Source: Candidatus Calditenuis sp.
GTDB lineage: Archaea; Thermoproteota; Nitrososphaeria_A; Caldarchaeales; Calditenuaceae
Reading direction: 5' to 3'
Length of the DNA: 10,402 nt
Assembly: GCA_032249575.1 (NCBI GenBank)
Contig: JAVVHL010000036.1
Span: forward strand, 1-10,402
The notes below the pieces were generated by a model, which saw only the letters and a list, made by a program, of their open reading frames with translations, ran no database searches and was not told the DNA's origin. Both the position numbers and the translations under genes were made by a program. How positions within the stretch are numbered: the stretch's first letter is position 1; each line of letters begins with the position of its first letter. Below are positions 7,937-10,402 of this stretch, in pieces.

Positions 7937-8642
7937 CGCCCGGCGGCAGGTCCCTCCTTCCCCTCCTGAGGGCCCGCATAGCCTTGATCTGCTCAATCTC
8001 TCTGTCGAGTTCCGTGTAATCGATCGAGACGTTCAGCATCGCAGAAAGCACCTGCAGGACCGCCTTCGCCGCCGCCGGCTGTCGCACCCTCGGGTTCCCT
8101 ATCTCTCCGAGCAGGCAAAGCCCCTCCATTCCCCTCTCCATCGCGAGGCCGTGGATGAGGCCGTTGTATCCGGTGATGTAGCCCTCGTCGAGAAGGGGAA
8201 CCGCGCCGTAGAACCTCGCCCTCTCGGCCATCCTGTCTGAGGTCGCAGCGAAGAAGACCCTCGGGTTCTCGATGAAGCCCTCGCCGAAGTGGGCCGCACC
8301 GAGCGAGACGACCGTCTCCACTCCTATCGACTGTGCAAGGTCGAGGACCGCGTTGCAGAGCTCGTAAAGCTCGCTCGATTCCGGTGGCTGGAAGCTACCG
8401 GTGAGGGCGACGAAGTCGTGCGCGTCGCTGCCGTAGAACCTGTACCATCCCCTCTCGAACCTGATCATGCTGCCGGTGTGCGTGACGAAGGGAGGCCATT
8501 TGCCCTGTGCCGAGGCAAACTCCTCGAGGTTGCAGGACCTCACGAGGACCTCCATGGCGATCCCTGCCACGTTCCCCATGTCGGGTAAACCGGTGACCAG
8601 CACCTTCGCCCTCGGCGGCACCCTCAGGACCCTGAACTCCAT
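7929..8642 (-). CDS. PAC2-family protein (proteasome assembly chaperone-like, COG1938-type)
   Basis: 237 aa. The N-terminal VLVTGLPDMGNVAGIAMEVLV fits the G-x-P-G-x-G-x-V-G pattern of PAC2 proteins. It also has SLGAAH, LLGEIGNP and a C-terminal AAAKAVLQVLSAMLNVSIDYTELDRE block typical of the family. Confidence 0.65.
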   Translation of the reverse strand: MEFRVLRVPPRAKVLVTGLPDMGNVAGIAMEVLVRSCNLEEFASAQGKWPPFVTHTGSMIRFERGWYRFYGSDAHDFVALTGSFQPPESSELYELCNAVLDLAQSIGVETVVSLGAAHFGEGFIENPRVFFAATSDRMAERARFYGAVPLLDEGYITGYNGLIHGLAMERGMEGLCLLGEIGNPRVRQPAAAKAVLQVLSAMLNVSIDYTELDREIEQIKAMRALRRGRRDLPPGVM

Positions 8643-8671
8643 GCCTCCGGTTTCCCATCGCGACGCCTCGG

Positions 8672-8678
8672 ATAAAAT
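8672..8678 (-). promoter_or_regulatory. Candidate TATA box (ATTTTAT on minus strand) for the PAC2-family gene
   Basis: An A/T heptamer lying 30-36 nt upstream of ATG 8642, in the 78-nt spacer between the MaoC stop and the PAC2 start. Confidence 0.3.
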
Positions 8679-8720
8679 CTCGCCGTCGAGACTCAGGCCG
8701 TAAGCCTGTCCGGTAGGGCT

Positions 8721-9173
8721 TCAGCCGCTGGCCTGGGGCTTCGATCTGAGGACGATGACGGTGAGGGATCCGGTGACCGCGGTCTTTCCTGACCTCAGGT
8801 TCTGGACCTTGAAATGCATCGTCACAGCTCCCGCATCGGGCCTCAGGTCTCGCCTGACCTCGACCACTTCCGCCTCGACCGAGATCTCGTCGCCTGGCCT
8901 CACGGGCGATTTGAACTCGACCTCCGAGATCCTCGTGAGGGCCTGTATGTGGTCGAAGACTCCAGTCTGGTAGAGCAGGCCGATGGCGTAGGAGAGGGTG
9001 AGCGCGCCCGGTGCGACCCTGCCTCCAAGCCCCCTCGACCTCGCGAGCTCGTCGTTCAGGAAGATCGGGTTGACGGCCCACGTCAGCGAGGCGAAGAGGT
9101 CAACGTCGGCCGGCGTCACGGTCCTGCTCCTGGTGGTGAAGGTCATGCCCTCCCTGAATTCCTCGAGCCACAA
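8721..9173 (-). CDS. MaoC-like (R)-specific enoyl-CoA hydratase/acyl dehydratase, hotdog fold
   Basis: 150 aa. LEEFREGMTFTTRSRTVTPADVDLFASLTWAVNPIFLNDELAR matches the MaoC N-terminal signature (G-x-x-F...RTVT-x-AD-x-x-FA...NP-x-H/F). TTG start at 9173. The internal ATG at 9146 would truncate the conserved first strand. Confidence 0.8.
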   Translation of the reverse strand: MWLEEFREGMTFTTRSRTVTPADVDLFASLTWAVNPIFLNDELARSRGLGGRVAPGALTLSYAIGLLYQTGVFDHIQALTRISEVEFKSPVRPGDEISVEAEVVEVRRDLRPDAGAVTMHFKVQNLRSGKTAVTGSLTVIVLRSKPQASG

Positions 9174-9198
9174 CTCGGGTCCATCCAGTCTCTCCGCG

Positions 9199-9205
9199 TA
9201 TTAAA
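9199..9205. promoter_or_regulatory. Candidate shared TATA element (TATTAAA / TTTAATA) in the MaoC-PPOX divergent spacer
   Basis: The only A/T-rich heptamer in 9174-9268. It is centred 29 nt upstream of TTG 9173 on the minus strand and about 65 nt upstream of GTG 9269 on the plus strand. Confidence 0.3.
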
Positions 9206-9268
9206 CTCGGAATTTCCGGAGGGGTTTCAGGAGGAAGCAGTGATTAGGCCATTGAGCCCACGAGCTGT

Positions 9269-9694
9269 GTGACGGGAGTGGAATTCGCTGAGGCCGAGCT
9301 GGAGTTCCTGAGGAGGATGGAGCTCTGCCGACTCGCAACAGTCGACGAGCGGTGCAGGCCCCACGTCGTGCCGGTCTGCTACGTCTTCCTCGACGGGACG
9401 TTCTACATCGTAACAGATCCTGGAACGAAGAAGCACAGGAACCTCGAGCGAAACCCTTACGCGGCTCTGGTCGTCGACGTTTACAAGCCTAACAGGGCAG
9501 TAATGGTAGAGGGAAGCGTTGAGTTGCTGACATCTGGAGTGGAGTTCAGGCGCGTCTCCGAGCTCTTCTACCAGAAGTTCGAGTGGGCCAGGCGTGACCC
9601 GTGGGACGAGGGCGAGGCCGTCGTGATCAAGCTGAAACCCGAGCGGAAGGTGAGCTGGGGCCTCGTCAGGACGGTCCGTCGCAGGGAGGGCTGA
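9269..9694 (+). CDS. Pyridoxamine 5'-phosphate oxidase (PPOX) family protein, probably of the F420/FMN-binding split-barrel class
   Basis: 141 aa. ELEFLRRMELCRLATVDERCRPHVVPVCYVFLDGTFYIVTDPGTKKHRNLERNPYAALVVD is the characteristic PPOX-family N-terminal pattern. GTG start at 9269; GTG 9278 is the alternative. Confidence 0.75.
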   Translation: MTGVEFAEAELEFLRRMELCRLATVDERCRPHVVPVCYVFLDGTFYIVTDPGTKKHRNLERNPYAALVVDVYKPNRAVMVEGSVELLTSGVEFRRVSELFYQKFEWARRDPWDEGEAVVIKLKPERKVSWGLVRTVRRREG

Positions 9695-9728
9695 AGGTTC
9701 AAAAGTTCCGAGGACCTATCGCCCTTGG

Positions 9729-9819
9729 GCCCCGGTAGCTCAGCGGTAGAGCGCCGGCCTCGTAGGCGAGGGTTGGCCGTGTCAGCCGGTGGTCGAGGGT
9801 TCGAATCCCTCCCGGGGCT
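9729..9819 (+). tRNA. tRNA-Thr (anticodon CGU) with a 19-nt intron at the canonical 37/38 position; no encoded CCA
   Basis: Folded by hand. Acceptor stem GCCCCGG (9729-9735) pairs perfectly with CCGGGGC (9812-9818), and the discriminator is T at 9819. D arm is GCTC-AGCGGTA-GAGC. Anticodon stem CCGGC (9754-9758) pairs with GCCGG (9785-9789). The loop is CTCGTA + A with anticodon CGT at 9761-9763. Variable loop is TGGTC and the T arm is GAGGG-TTCGAAT-CCCTC. G1-C72, C2-G71 and U73 are consistent with Thr identity. Confidence 0.9.
9765..9783 (+). other. tRNA intron (19 nt, GGCGAGGGTTGGCCGTGTC)
   Basis: 26 nt lie between the two anticodon-stem halves, where 7 are expected. Only removal after position 37 (or 38) leaves a purine at position 37. 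Every placement that retains at least the first 3 loop nucleotides leaves anticodon CGT. Confidence 0.8.
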
Positions 9820-9996
9820 CGGGAGCTACACATCGTTGATCTCACATACGCGTGACTTCTCATCGATGAGGGCTTGAGGTCAGCCTTCCGACCTGATCGC
9901 AAGGATTCCTATAGTGATGAAGTCCTTCGACCGCGTCATCGATTGACGTATCATCTTGACGAAACGCCTATTACATGTTGAGATTGTATGTGCTCG

Positions 9997-10402
9997 ATGA
10001 ATGAGCTGACAGGAGAGGAGATCGTCAAGCGTATTGTCAGCGACAAAGGAGCGCTAAAGGATCTGATCTATCACATCGTCTCCGATCCCGAGATGAGGAT
10101 GGCCGTGATATCGGCAGTCCTTTCAGAGGTGGCGACGAAACAGGACGTCAGGGACGTTCGTCAGGAGATGAATCAATTGAGGACGGAGATGAGCCAGTTG
10201 AGGCAGGAGACGAATCAGTTGAGGGCTGAGATGGATGCACGGTTCGATGGGCTAAGGCGAGAGATGGACGCGCGATTCAATGAGGTGAGGCGAGAGATGA
10301 ACCAGCTGAGGCAAGAGATGAATCAATTGAGGCGAGAGATCAACGACCTGAGGAGGGAGATGAGGAGCCTCATCAGGTGGACCATCACAGCAATACTCGT
10401 CG
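9997..10402 (+). CDS. Partial CDS (3' end outside window): repetitive coiled-coil protein with a probable C-terminal membrane anchor, DUF1640-like architecture
   Basis: This frame stays open from the stop at 9979-9981 to the window edge and is not in the supplied track. Translation: MNELTGEEIVKRIVSDKGALKDLIYHIVSDPEMRMAVISAVLSEVATKQDVRDVRQEMNQLRTEMSQLRQETNQLRAEMDARFDGLRREMDARFNEVRREMNQLRQEMNQLRREINDLRREMRSLIRWTITAILV. The ATKxD motif, then coiled coil, then a hydrophobic tail recalls DUF1640-type proteins. The in-frame ATG at 9988 is the alternative start. Confidence 0.6.
   Translation, partial: MNELTGEEIVKRIVSDKGALKDLIYHIVSDPEMRMAVISAVLSEVATKQDVRDVRQEMNQLRTEMSQLRQETNQLRAEMDARFDGLRREMDARFNEVRREMNQLRQEMNQLRREINDLRREMRSLIRWTITAILV
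10162..10374 (+). repeat. In-frame imperfect tandem repeat: nine units of 21, 21, 21, 33, 33, 21, 21, 21 and 21 nt encoding xEMNQLR heptads and xEMDARFxxxR hendecads
   Basis: Units start at 10162, 10183, 10204, 10225, 10258, 10291, 10312, 10333 and 10354. Units 1 and 7 (caggagatgaatcaattgagg and caagagatgaatcaattgagg) differ at one base. Confidence 0.85.

Noticed and set aside
8395-9081. 228-aa minus-strand ORF spanning the PAC2/MaoC junction in another frame
   Set aside because: It is an extremely Arg-rich out-of-frame read of two recognisable genes and crosses their intergenic spacer. It is not credible as coding sequence.
900-9700. Whether the genes flanking the CRISPR array form a novel CRISPR-associated or defence module
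   Set aside because: Each gene matches a well-known housekeeping family: RNA processing, DNA repair, aminoacylation, transcription and translation initiation, glycosylation, proteasome assembly and acyl-CoA metabolism. Their orientations are mixed and they have their own expression signals. Nothing suggests an operon or a function linked to the array.
9699-9902. 67-aa minus-strand ORF running across the tRNA, considered as an SSV-type int(N) remnant
   Set aside because: It has a TTG start. About 30 of its 67 codons are merely the antisense reading of the tRNA gene, and the rest show no integrase-like sequence. The window offers no partner int(C) to test the idea.
9914-10009. C/D-box sRNA candidate: C-box-like GTGATGA at 9914-9920 and CTGA at 10006-10009
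   Set aside because: No D' or C' boxes occur at the expected spacing of about 12 nt. The C-to-D distance of about 90 nt is too long for an archaeal C/D sRNA, and there is no terminal stem.
10241-10248. GGTTCGAT in the coiled-coil gene matches GGTTCGAAT of the tRNA T-arm, considered as a possible att duplicate
   Set aside because: Only 7 contiguous nt match, which is far too short for an att core, and the match lies inside a coding repeat.

Overview
This is an archaeal chromosomal segment. Hand counts give about 57-62% GC over most of it, Arg codons are AGG/AGA-rich, and it carries TFB, aCPSF1, aSUI1 and an intron-containing tRNA. Positions 1-809 are the distal end of a CRISPR array that runs off the left edge. 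It has 12 identical 26-nt repeats ending in GTTGAAAG and spacers of 36-48 nt. From 900 to 9700 lies a tightly packed block of recognisable housekeeping genes: aCPSF1 beta-CASP RNase, an EndoQ-like PHP/Zn-ribbon nuclease, CysRS, TFB, aSUI1, a DPM1-type mannosyltransferase, a PAC2-family protein, a MaoC hotdog dehydratase and a PPOX-family protein. A tRNA-Thr(CGU) with a 19-nt intron lies at 9729-9819. Immediately after it the GC content and codon usage change. A cluster of TCATC...TGA palindrome-like motifs there precedes a partial gene for a highly repetitive coiled-coil protein that runs off the right edge. I see no convincing novel multi-gene system here, because every credible complete ORF belongs to a known family and there are no cas genes in the window. 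The items most worth follow-up are the cas-less array end abutting aCPSF1 and the possible integrated-element boundary at the tRNA, with its motif cluster and repeat protein. Long antisense ORFs in the track look like high-GC artefacts.
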